Source of the DNA: an uncultured archaeon
Lineage (GTDB): Archaea; Asgardarchaeota; Lokiarchaeia; Sigyniarchaeales; SOKP01
DNA: 27,966 nt
NCBI GenBank assembly: GCA_964583985.1
Contig: CAZOYD010000025.1
Location: forward strand, 1-27,966
Direction: 5' to 3'
Shown here one piece after another: positions 9,239 to 18,026 of this stretch (position 1 is the first letter of the stretch; each line of letters opens with the position of its first letter). A program made the position numbers and the translations under genes. The notes under the pieces are model-generated. The model was not told the DNA's origin, did not search any database, and saw only the letters and a program-made list of their open reading frames with translations.

Positions 9239-9338
9239 AATTATTATGATGAAATAATAAAAATAGGGATGTTTTCAAACCTAAACTTTCGGAAAAGCTG
9301 AATAATTTGGAAAATTCATTAAAAAAAGCACATTAGAT

Positions 9339-10190
9339 TTATTTTATAAATGTGCCTTGAGAATATTCTCTAAATGCCAATCTCAATTCTGCTTCAGTGT
9401 TCATGACTATTGGACCTTGCCAAGCTACTGGTTCGCCGATTGGTTTACCTGATATTAAGAGGAATCTAACGGGCTTCTCATTAGTCTTTATGACTATTTG
9501 ATCTCCTTCTTGATAAATTACTAGATTTTGAGCAGTAGTTAAAATATCTTTAATCGGATCAAATATGGCTTCTCCCTCAATGACATAAGCAAAAACGTTA
9601 TGAGTTTTATCTATTGAATGTTTAAACTCCGAATTCGGGTCAATGGTGATATCTAAATATTCTGGGTCCGTTATTATATCTTGTACGGGTCCCTTGAACC
9701 CATTAATTTCACCACAAATTATTTTTACCCTTACACCATTTACTACGACGATTTCGGGTATTTGTTCTTTTTTAATGTCTCGATAACGTGGGTCCATCAT
9801 TTTATGAGTGGCAGGAAGATTCGCCCATAATTGAAATCCAGCCAAAACTGGATCATTTACATTTTTTTTCGGCATCTCTTGATGGATTATCCCACTCCCT
9901 GCAGTCATCCACTGGACATCACCAGCCCCAATTACTCCACTATTATCCATGCTATCTTTATGTTCCATTTTTCCATGAAGCATGTAAGTTATCGTTTCTA
10001 TTCCTCGATGTGGGTGCCATGGAAAACCTGCTAAATAATCATTCGGATTGTTTGAATGAAAATCATCCAAAAGTAAAAATGGATCTAATGAAGGATCAGC
10101 ATATCCAAACGCGCGTTTTAAACGAACCCCCGCACCTTCTATAGTGGGTCGACTTCTTAGAGTTAGTCTTACTTCTCGAATTTTTGGCAT
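9339..10190 (-). CDS. Pirin family bicupin protein
   Basis: EGAGV, DPFLLLD, FPWHPHRGIETITY, MTAGSGIIHQE, FQLWANLP, GPIVMNT. Confidence 0.95.
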   Translation of the reverse strand: MPKIREVRLTLRSRPTIEGAGVRLKRAFGYADPSLDPFLLLDDFHSNNPNDYLAGFPWHPHRGIETITYMLHGKMEHKDSMDNSGVIGAGDVQWMTAGSGIIHQEMPKKNVNDPVLAGFQLWANLPATHKMMDPRYRDIKKEQIPEIVVVNGVRVKIICGEINGFKGPVQDIITDPEYLDITIDPNSEFKHSIDKTHNVFAYVIEGEAIFDPIKDILTTAQNLVIYQEGDQIVIKTNEKPVRFLLISGKPIGEPVAWQGPIVMNTEAELRLAFREYSQGTFIK

Positions 10191-10511
10191 TAAAAATCTC
10201 TTTTTATTGTTTTATTATTATGCTAAAACTATCCAAGCTAACCCAAGTAATAAAAAGTATTCATTATAAATCATAATGGAATCTTGCGATTAATCTTGAA
10301 TTTATAAATTTTGAATCTGTTTCAAACCAAATTATGAAATTAAAAAGAATTTTATGAGTAAAGAAGCTAAAATATCTTTTTAAAGTTCTTTCCTACAATT
10401 GATAATATTAATCATAAGATTAAGTAACTGATTTTATTTATAAACAAGAAGTCTTTTAAATGTATAATTAACCATTTAAATTAACTTTTAATAATTTGGT
10501 GTTAAAATTTT

Positions 10512-12254
10512 ATGTATCATTTAGACGGAACAGATATATTAGAAGAACTTTATTACCGAAAAACCTTTAGTGTATGCCCAGAATGTTTGAAAAAAATTCC
10601 AGCGGTCGTGGAAGAAGATGACGGGAAAATATACATGAGAAAAACATGTGAGGAACACGGTGATTTTGAAGATGTCATCAGTTCTAGTGCAAAGTACTAT
10701 AAATGGACGCATTATCAGAAAAAAGATAAAAATGGTAATGTGGTATGGCAATTTGAAAAGAATGGAGAAGCCAATCCTCCGGATTGTATCTCCGATGATC
10801 GCGGGTGCCCTTATAATTGTGGATTATGTAATTTGCATCTATCGACCTGCTCACTTGCTTTAATTGATTTAACGAATAGATGTAATTTCTCCTGCAATTT
10901 TTGTTATGCTAATGTAGAACAAGCAGGATACTGGATCGAACCATCTTTAGAAGAAATTGATAGGATAATGAAACACTTCCGAAATAAACCTATCCCACCA
11001 CCAGCTATAATGTTCACTGGTGGAGAGCCTACCGTGCGAAAAGATTTTCCTGAGATTTGCAAAATGGCAAAAGATAATGGATTTCAAGAAGTCATAGTTG
11101 CAACTAATGGATATGGCTTCCAACGGAAAAAGGGAGGCGCAGAATGGACAAAAAGATGTCGAGATATGGGCTTAGACACGCTCTACTTCCAATTCGATGG
11201 AATTAATGATGCTACTTATGAAAAAACGCGTGGGATTAAAGGGCTCATGAAATATAAAATGCGAGTGATCGATAATTGTCGAAAAGCTGGTTTTGATTCA
11301 ATTGTGCTTGTCGCAACAATCGCAACTGGTGTCACTGACATAGAAATAGGAAATATCATTCAATTTGCAATTAATAATATAGATATAGTGCGTGGGATTA
11401 CCTTTCAACCTGTTTCATTGTGTGGACGTATCTCAGCAGAGGAAATGCAAGATTTAAGAATCACTAATGCAGATGTCATAAAAGAAATTGAAAAGCAAAC
11501 AGGAGGAAAGCTTAGCATGGATAATGCATGGTATCCGCTCTCAACCATTGTAGAATTTGGCCGATTAATAGCTTATTTAGCAGATGTTGAACCCGCGGAG
11601 TTTACCTGCCATCCTGACTGTGGATTTGCCACTTACTTGGCTGTAGATCCCGATACAGGCGAGATGGTCCCACTCATGGAATATTTCGATCCTTTAGAAG
11701 TCATTGATTTCGCAAATAGATTTTGGGAGAAGGTAAAACACAAGGAGAAAAAACCACTTCAATTCTTTGAAAATATTCTCGGAGATTTTGGGAAGACTCT
11801 AGATAAAGGATTAAACTTTTTAGACAAGCAACAATTGAGAGCCCGTTTCTTACTCGGTGTACTCCAATATATGAAGAAACCGGGTAAATTGATGGATATG
11901 TTCAGCCGACTCTTGATGAATGGCGATTGGGAGAGCGTGAGTTCATTTAGTTATGGAACACTTTTAATCTCCAGCATGCATTTCCAAGATGCATATAACA
12001 TGGATATTGAACGTACGAAACGATGTATTGTACATTTTGGTGTAGCAATGCCTGATGGCTCAGTATGGGAAGCTCCGTTCTGCACGATGAACACACTGCA
12101 TCGCCCACGTATCGAAAAACAAGTGGCGAAGAAAATCACACAAAAAGTACGGGACGAGTTTGACACATCGGTTGGTCAAGCACGCGCTGACATTCAGCTT
12201 GAAGTCATGCCAAATGGTGGAACGAAAAAAGAGGAGGAAGAATCAGATGACTGA
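10512..12254 (+). CDS. tes: Radical SAM tetraether lipid synthase (Tes / GDGT-MAS, MJ0619 family)
   Basis: Rubredoxin-like CPEC...CEEHG, auxiliary GCPYNCGLCNLH, radical SAM CNFSCNFC, GGEPT, YFQFDG, FQPVS..GR, CHPDCG, MHFQD.YN.D.ER..RC..H and PFC..N. This is the full MJ0619-family motif order. Confidence 0.9.
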   Translation: MYHLDGTDILEELYYRKTFSVCPECLKKIPAVVEEDDGKIYMRKTCEEHGDFEDVISSSAKYYKWTHYQKKDKNGNVVWQFEKNGEANPPDCISDDRGCPYNCGLCNLHLSTCSLALIDLTNRCNFSCNFCYANVEQAGYWIEPSLEEIDRIMKHFRNKPIPPPAIMFTGGEPTVRKDFPEICKMAKDNGFQEVIVATNGYGFQRKKGGAEWTKRCRDMGLDTLYFQFDGINDATYEKTRGIKGLMKYKMRVIDNCRKAGFDSIVLVATIATGVTDIEIGNIIQFAINNIDIVRGITFQPVSLCGRISAEEMQDLRITNADVIKEIEKQTGGKLSMDNAWYPLSTIVEFGRLIAYLADVEPAEFTCHPDCGFATYLAVDPDTGEMVPLMEYFDPLEVIDFANRFWEKVKHKEKKPLQFFENILGDFGKTLDKGLNFLDKQQLRARFLLGVLQYMKKPGKLMDMFSRLLMNGDWESVSSFSYGTLLISSMHFQDAYNMDIERTKRCIVHFGVAMPDGSVWEAPFCTMNTLHRPRIEKQVAKKITQKVRDEFDTSVGQARADIQLEVMPNGGTKKEEEESDD

Positions 12255-12534
12255 TGAGGTTATAGAGACCAAGGATGGCTTAAAATTAAGAAAGCTTGCG
12301 GAGTTAAAAACAACAACCGCGAAAGAACTTGAAGATGCCATGCTTAAACGTGTCGATTATTTCAAGGAGCAGAATGAAAAGAAGAGTGGATTCAACAGCT
12401 CGATTCAAAATACGTTTTTCAAGGCTTTTTCCTCGATTTTAGATTTAAAAATTGGAATTGACAAGGCACTAGGGCCCGAAAACTTGAAACAAGTCCATAA
12501 AGCGATAGATGAAATACTCTTATTTGGACTTTAA
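12247..12534 (+). CDS. 95-aa helical hypothetical protein translationally coupled to tes
   Basis: ATG at 12247 overlaps the tes stop (ATGACTGA). GAGGAGG SD at 12231-12237. The start is reassigned from the track's 12160. Confidence 0.75.
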   Translation: MTDEVIETKDGLKLRKLAELKTTTAKELEDAMLKRVDYFKEQNEKKSGFNSSIQNTFFKAFSSILDLKIGIDKALGPENLKQVHKAIDEILLFGL

Positions 12535-12539
12535 TCTCC

Positions 12540-12575
12540 TTTTTTTTAAAATTTCTATTTTTTAAATTATTTTTT
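12540..12575 (+). terminator. Oligo-T archaeal terminator region after the tes operon
   Basis: Successive T-runs (T8, T6, T6) directly after the stop at 12534. Confidence 0.5.
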
Positions 12576-12642
12576 AGTATTCTTATATATAAGCGATATA
12601 TTTTTAATCTTTTAAGTAAGTACTTTCATTGGTGGTTCTTGC

Positions 12643-13139
12643 ATGTCGATTAAAGTGAAATTGTATGGCAAGTTAAGAGAGAGGGCAAAGGAAAAAAAAT
12701 TGAAAAGGGACTTCCTGCGACTTTATACATCGAAATAGGAGATTCAAGATCAATAATTGACCTTCTTAAGAGATTAGAAATAGAAGAAAAAGAGATCAGT
12801 CATATTTTTGTGAATGGAGTTTATACAGGTTTAGGAACGCAAATAAAAGATGGTGATAGAATTGGTTTATTTCCAACAAATATGGCGCTAATATTTGCTG
12901 AAATCCCAGATGTTAATTCATTTCGTATAAAAGTTAAATTCTTTCATGATTTAGTCGGGCTTGAAAAATCAGAATTATATGTTAAAATTCTTGAGGGAAG
13001 CACCTTAAATTCTATTATTAAAAAGCTCAATCTTTCGAATCAAATGTCAAATCATAAAATTCTTGTGAATGGGAAGCAATTAGATGATTATAATTCAGTA
13101 ATTATAGCAAATGATAAAATAGAGATCCTTCCAGCATGA
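12643..13139 (+). CDS. Tandem MoaD/ThiS (beta-grasp, ubiquitin-like) protein interrupted by a -1 frameshift at A8 (12692-12699)
   Basis: ATG 12643 with GGTGGT SD gives MSIKVKLYGKLRERAKEKK (MoaD beta1-helix) and stops at TAG 12736-12738. The -1 frame continues IEKGLPATLYIEIGDSRSIIDLLKRLEIEEKEISHIFVNG...IKDGDRIGLFP, followed by a second domain IKVKFF...ILVNG...NDKIEILPA. The joined product is 165 aa. Confidence 0.75.
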
Positions 13140-13226
13140 ATAGTGAAATGCTTGAATATTCCTTCTTTTTTGTATTAAATAATTTTTCAAAAATTATTTT
13201 TTAAATAGTATATTGAAATAAATAAT

Positions 13227-14318
13227 ATGATCATTGATATTTACATTTTATCCGTGGTATTACTCACATTTGCAAACGGGTTTATTCATTTCTATTTTGC
13301 TGTTAAGATAAGGCAGAAATATCCTAATGAATCTAATTTTATAAATTCCGTTGTCATTTCTATTCTATGGATCGTTGCGGGAGTATTATATCCTTTCTTT
13401 TTCCCGATAGACAATCAATTCAGCCGTTTTTATCACATGCTAGGAGCTCAGATTATATGCATTTACTCTTATGCGGTAGTACTATTTTTATTTGTCGTGC
13501 AATACATTTTTAGAGTATGGAGGCATCCAGGTATTAAAGAAGAACGCACGATTGAAAATTTCCTTAAAAAATTTAATGAAAGAAACGAGAAAAAAAAACT
13601 TGATCTAAAGGATAAGTCGCATTCAATCAGCACTGATATTAATAGAAAGTTATTCCACCTAATCCCTCCGGGAGTTATAATCATATTATGGGAATTCGCA
13701 ACACATTTTTGGGGTAATGTTTTCAATCAAGATGTAATTTGGGGAATAACGGACGTGGAATATGGAGTATGGTTGATAATGACCATCGGATTCACGGCCA
13801 TCATGGTATTTGGAGTATTAGATTATATTCGACTTTCGTTCATATTTGAAAAACACAGTGCTTATCATTTAATGCCCAAAAACCTTACAGGCATTTTTTT
13901 GAAGACATTAAAACGAGATGAGATTTACGAACTTTCTGCCACAGCAGCATTAACTCTTTCTTTTGTTCCAATTTTCTTCTTTCCAATAAGCATTTTTGCC
14001 GCCGCAGCATTGATCGCTTCAATAGGAGATGGTGCTGCCTCACTTATTGGAATAAGGTTTGGTAAGCGGCATTTTCCTAAAAATAGCAAAAAAACCATTA
14101 TTGGATATGAAGCGGGGTTTTTGGGTTCATTTGTTACGGCTATAGTGGTCTATTGTATTTTTGAACCAACGATGCCCTTCTTAAAAATTACGATCTTATC
14201 CCTTGGGGGCGCGTTGGTATTTTTAATAGTTGATTTATTAAATTTAAAAATAAATGATAATATCCTTAATCCAATCTTTTGCGGTCTTTTCATGGCTTTA
14301 TTGTATTATGCGATTTAG
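13227..14318 (+). CDS. CTP-dependent polyprenol/diacylglycerol kinase family membrane protein (SEC59/DGK1/VTE5-like)
   Basis: Multi-TM protein with RKLFHL, IGDGAASLIGIRFGK...KKT..G and DNILNP motifs, plus an extra N-terminal 3-TM module. Confidence 0.8.
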   Translation: MIIDIYILSVVLLTFANGFIHFYFAVKIRQKYPNESNFINSVVISILWIVAGVLYPFFFPIDNQFSRFYHMLGAQIICIYSYAVVLFLFVVQYIFRVWRHPGIKEERTIENFLKKFNERNEKKKLDLKDKSHSISTDINRKLFHLIPPGVIIILWEFATHFWGNVFNQDVIWGITDVEYGVWLIMTIGFTAIMVFGVLDYIRLSFIFEKHSAYHLMPKNLTGIFLKTLKRDEIYELSATAALTLSFVPIFFFPISIFAAAALIASIGDGAASLIGIRFGKRHFPKNSKKTIIGYEAGFLGSFVTAIVVYCIFEPTMPFLKITILSLGGALVFLIVDLLNLKINDNILNPIFCGLFMALLYYAI

Positions 14319-14470
14319 GTAAAAAAGATAAACTATGATAAGAAAATTATTAAGTTTTTTTCTTTCGCATTAATCGATGATTTTATTCTCAATTTAATAA
14401 TCTATAATTTTATAGAGGGGTAGTTTTTTAATAAAAGAAAAGGATTTGTAAGTGCTAGTGATCAATAAAA

Positions 14471-16960
14471 TTGAAAGTAATCGAGGAACTTAAAGAATTC
14501 TATGTGTCAATCAAAGAACTGATTTTTGTATCTTTAGAAAGAAAGGCTAATAAATCGGCGTTTCCAATAAGAATTCGAGCATCTAAAGGGGCAGAAATTC
14601 ACCAGCTTTTTCAGAAAAATCGAGAGAAAACTGAACCGACATTCCAACGGGAAGTTTTGGTTAAATTGCATACAGAAGTTCAAGGATGGAAATTTATTAT
14701 ATCGGGACGAGCTGATATCATATATGAAAAGGATGATTTCTTGGTTATTGAAGAAATTAAGTCAATATCTGATCTTGATCACTTTCAAATTGATTCCCAA
14801 ATTGTTGAAAATTATACTACACAGTTATTATTATATGGACACTATTTTCAGCAGTTAGGAGAACAGATTCACTGTCATCTAGTTTTAGTTGATATTTTCA
14901 ATAAAAAAACTAAAATTATTGATATTCCTCCTAAAGATCTTTCTGAATATATTCAAAAACAATGTGAAACAATCCTAAAATCTTGGGAGATAGAAAAAAA
15001 ATTAAAAGCAGAACAAAAAGAGAGAGCAAAAACTATTATCTTTCCCTTTGAGAGATATCGTCCTAATCAAGAAGAAATTATTCAAAGAACATTACAAACC
15101 ATTAAAAATAGAGAACGATTGATGCTTTTAGCTCCTTCAGGTTTAGGAAAAACTGTAGGAACTCTATTTCCTGCGTTAAAATATGCTTTAAAAAAGAATT
15201 TACGTGTGATTGTTGTTTCCTCAAAAACTACCCAGCAACTTATATATCAAGAAACTTTAAAGTTGTTTATTAAAGAGAAAGCGCAATTTCAATCGATTAT
15301 ACTTACTGCTAAAGAAAAAATTTGTATCAATAGTGCTTTTATATGTGAGGAATCATTTTGCCCTTTTCTTAAAAATTATAATAAGGTTTCATTGGATAAG
15401 ATTGTGTCAGAAATACTTACAAAACAGGTTATTGATGCACGATTTATACGAAAAGTTGCACGAAAGCATAATATTTGCCCCTTCGAAATTTCTCTGGATT
15501 GTAGTCTCTATTGTGATGTAATTATTGGTGACTATAATTATGTCTTTCATCCCTACATAAAACTTAGACGATTTTTTGACCAAGCTTTTGATGATATCAT
15601 ACTAATTGTTGATGAAGCTCATAATCTACCATTCCGAGCTATGACTTACTACTCTCCAGAGTTAACTTTAAATGCCATTATTAAAATTCAAAATTATTTA
15701 TCTACACTTAATATTCCTAAATCTATTAAGAAACGAGGTATTACTCTTTTTCAGCAAATAATTGACTATATGTTGGATTTAATCAATCGATCTTCATATT
15801 TGGCTACGGAGAAGCCAATCTTGATGAAATTTGATAAAAAATTCTTCGAAAAAATATTAAATGACTATGAAAGATTTATACTATCATATATTCAAGCTTT
15901 TACTTCTCGAAGAGGATTTCAACCGGGAAAAAAGGAAAATGTGTTAGAATTTGCATTTAATCTTCGTGAATTCACGACTATACTAAAAGAAAGTGATACT
16001 CCTGAATACAGTGAATTATTATATATAAAAGAAAGAAAAATCAAAATATTATGTAAATCAGCAGCACCGAAACTCGAAAAACAAATGAAAGGTTTTCATT
16101 CAGTCATTGTTCAATCAGCAACACTATTTCCATTTGAGTATTTCCAAAAGATGATAGGGTATCCTTCCTCAGCCCAGAATTTACATTATTCCTCTCCTTT
16201 TGCTCAAAAAAATCGTCTTTATCTTCTTATGCCCAATGTTTCTACAAAATATGAAGATCGTCAAGATTCTTATAATAGAATTGCATTAACAATTTGTAAT
16301 ATTGTAAATATTAAAGAAGGTAATTATTTAGCCTTTTTTCCTTCATATGCATATCTAAAAGCAGTTCAAAATGAAATCGAGTCATTAACACTATCAGTCG
16401 AACTCATAGTTCAAGATCGTCGAATGAGTGAGAGTAAGCGAAGAAATTATCTTAAAAAACTCCAAACATCTGATAAAAAATATCTTTTACTAGCAGTGCA
16501 TGGAGGGATATTTGGTGAAGGTGTGGATTTTAATGGAGATATGGCAATAGGAGCATTTATTATTGGTCCAGGATTACCCGCTTTCTCAATGGAACAAGAT
16601 TTAAAAAGAAGTTATTTTGAATTCAAATGGAAAAAAGGATTTGATTACGCTTATAGAAATCCTGGGATGATGAAGGTTATCCAAGCTGCAGGGCGAATTT
16701 TCCGATCTTCAACAGATCGTGGTTTTGTGGTGCTGATTGGTCATAGATTCAGCACCCCTTACTATAAAGATGTATTACCAGCCGATTGGAAAATAGAACA
16801 ACCCCAAGATCTAGTTAAACGTATACAAACATTTTGGGGAACCAAAACTAGCAATTTAGAGGATAAAACACAGGATTTCCAAATAGAAAAACCAAAAATC
16901 GATGAAAAAAAATTGTTTAAAACTGCTGATTTATTAGATTTAATAGATTCTCGATCCTAA
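14471..16960 (+). CDS. PD-(D/E)XK nuclease fused to XPD/DinG/Rad3-family Fe-S SF2 helicase
   Basis: N-terminal G..IH, GRADII, IEEIKS and QLLLY (RecB/Cas4-like). Helicase Q motif YRPNQ, APSGLGKT, Fe-S Cys (CINSAFICEESFCPF...CPF), DYNY, DEAHN, SAT, FFPSY, EGVDF and QAAGR..R. Confidence 0.88.
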   Translation: MKVIEELKEFYVSIKELIFVSLERKANKSAFPIRIRASKGAEIHQLFQKNREKTEPTFQREVLVKLHTEVQGWKFIISGRADIIYEKDDFLVIEEIKSISDLDHFQIDSQIVENYTTQLLLYGHYFQQLGEQIHCHLVLVDIFNKKTKIIDIPPKDLSEYIQKQCETILKSWEIEKKLKAEQKERAKTIIFPFERYRPNQEEIIQRTLQTIKNRERLMLLAPSGLGKTVGTLFPALKYALKKNLRVIVVSSKTTQQLIYQETLKLFIKEKAQFQSIILTAKEKICINSAFICEESFCPFLKNYNKVSLDKIVSEILTKQVIDARFIRKVARKHNICPFEISLDCSLYCDVIIGDYNYVFHPYIKLRRFFDQAFDDIILIVDEAHNLPFRAMTYYSPELTLNAIIKIQNYLSTLNIPKSIKKRGITLFQQIIDYMLDLINRSSYLATEKPILMKFDKKFFEKILNDYERFILSYIQAFTSRRGFQPGKKENVLEFAFNLREFTTILKESDTPEYSELLYIKERKIKILCKSAAPKLEKQMKGFHSVIVQSATLFPFEYFQKMIGYPSSAQNLHYSSPFAQKNRLYLLMPNVSTKYEDRQDSYNRIALTICNIVNIKEGNYLAFFPSYAYLKAVQNEIESLTLSVELIVQDRRMSESKRRNYLKKLQTSDKKYLLLAVHGGIFGEGVDFNGDMAIGAFIIGPGLPAFSMEQDLKRSYFEFKWKKGFDYAYRNPGMMKVIQAAGRIFRSSTDRGFVVLIGHRFSTPYYKDVLPADWKIEQPQDLVKRIQTFWGTKTSNLEDKTQDFQIEKPKIDEKKLFKTADLLDLIDSRS

Positions 16961-16974
16961 GAAGAAAAAAAATT

Positions 16975-18003
16975 CTACCATTTCCATTTTATCGCTTCAG
17001 CATGTCCGAGGAGATTATCTACGTGTACTTTCATACCATCATCTAATATTAAGTCTCCTGTATATAGCCCATATACTAAATTCGACTTGGAGTTGAATAT
17101 AACATAATTCATACTCGAAGGATTATGCATTAGAGGGATAAGCGTCATTTCAAACCGGTGATCCTCACTTGAAAATTTCCAAGGGTCCATTGGATTTTCT
17201 GGTACGTGAAATTTAATAGGTCCTAGTTTGTGTCCTTTCCCATCATATCCAACCATATTCTTGTCGTGAAGTGAAGGATCTTCGTATGAATATCCGTGAC
17301 TAAACCAAATCTCATGATCATCTTGTGTTTTTCCTGCCGCTGCACCCCAATACCAATTTATTTTATATGGCCAAACTCCTCGACCCCAATCTAATCGTGT
17401 ATAGCTATCTTGAGTTGAAAATTCATATTTTTTTTCTCCAAAATGAACTACACCTTCTACTGGCATCCAAACGATTTTATCAGAGTAATAAAAAAGTTTC
17501 TTTTTCTTGTAACGGTTAACCTTTACAATCGAATCTTTTGTTGGATCTTGATATATTGATAGATTTCCATTTAACCCACGATCTGCAAACGTTGGAAAAT
17601 CAAATTCAATTGTACGTTTATTTTCTGTTCTTATAATTTTAAGATCAAATCGTTCTTCATGAAATTCAATATTCCCTTTTTCTGAACTTATTGGTAAATT
17701 CCATGTACCCCTTGTAAAAAATTGTTGAAGTCCATCAGAATAAACCATCTGTTCTTTATAATCAACTATTTCAAAAGTAACGAGTCCTAGGTAACCGACA
17801 TCTGCAATAGTCACGCTAAAGTTATAATCTGAATGATTAACTACGTAATTATCCCATTCTTTCGTTCGAAACCAACTAGCTCGTCTTTTCTCACGATTAT
17901 ATCTCAAAATTGGTTTTTTTATCCATCCATCTTGGATTAGTAACCCCTTATCATCAAATAAATCCGATGGTTCAGTAATTTCATTATTCATTATTGTCAT
18001 CAT
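16975..18003 (-). CDS. DUF2804 family protein
   Basis: R.KEWD.Y, AD.GYLG, LDWGRGVWPY...WYW, DP..PWKF.S, and final GHAE pattern. Confidence 0.75.
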   Translation of the reverse strand: MMTIMNNEITEPSDLFDDKGLLIQDGWIKKPILRYNREKRRASWFRTKEWDNYVVNHSDYNFSVTIADVGYLGLVTFEIVDYKEQMVYSDGLQQFFTRGTWNLPISSEKGNIEFHEERFDLKIIRTENKRTIEFDFPTFADRGLNGNLSIYQDPTKDSIVKVNRYKKKKLFYYSDKIVWMPVEGVVHFGEKKYEFSTQDSYTRLDWGRGVWPYKINWYWGAAAGKTQDDHEIWFSHGYSYEDPSLHDKNMVGYDGKGHKLGPIKFHVPENPMDPWKFSSEDHRFEMTLIPLMHNPSSMNYVIFNSKSNLVYGLYTGDLILDDGMKVHVDNLLGHAEAIKWKW

Positions 18004-18026
18004 TTAACATCCTTAATACCGAGAGA

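Noticed and set aside
12160-12246. Track start for the 124-aa ORF
   Set aside because: It would overlap tes by 95 nt. ATG 12247 has a strong SD and a stop/start overlap.
10512-12254. MoaA / molybdopterin operon suggested by a radical SAM gene next to a MoaD-like gene
   Set aside because: The protein has MJ0619/Tes motifs, not the MoaA C-terminal CxxC-x13-C and GG terminus, and the MoaD-like protein lacks GG.
12810-12812. GTG start for the 109-aa MoaD-like ORF
   Set aside because: It falls mid-domain (the V of FVNG). The coding frame extends upstream to the A8 run and the real start is at 12643.
12252-13139. Selenocysteine/pyrrolysine readthrough at TGA/TAG stops (tes, ubiquitin-like gene)
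   Set aside because: The tes TGA is followed by a second TGA. Readthrough of the MoaD-like TGA gives only IVKCLNIPSFLY with no GG. No convincing SECIS or homologous continuation was seen.
14471-15000. Cas4 / type IV CRISPR (CasDinG) interpretation
   Set aside because: No Cas4 cysteine set, no other cas genes and no repeat-spacer array anywhere in the window.
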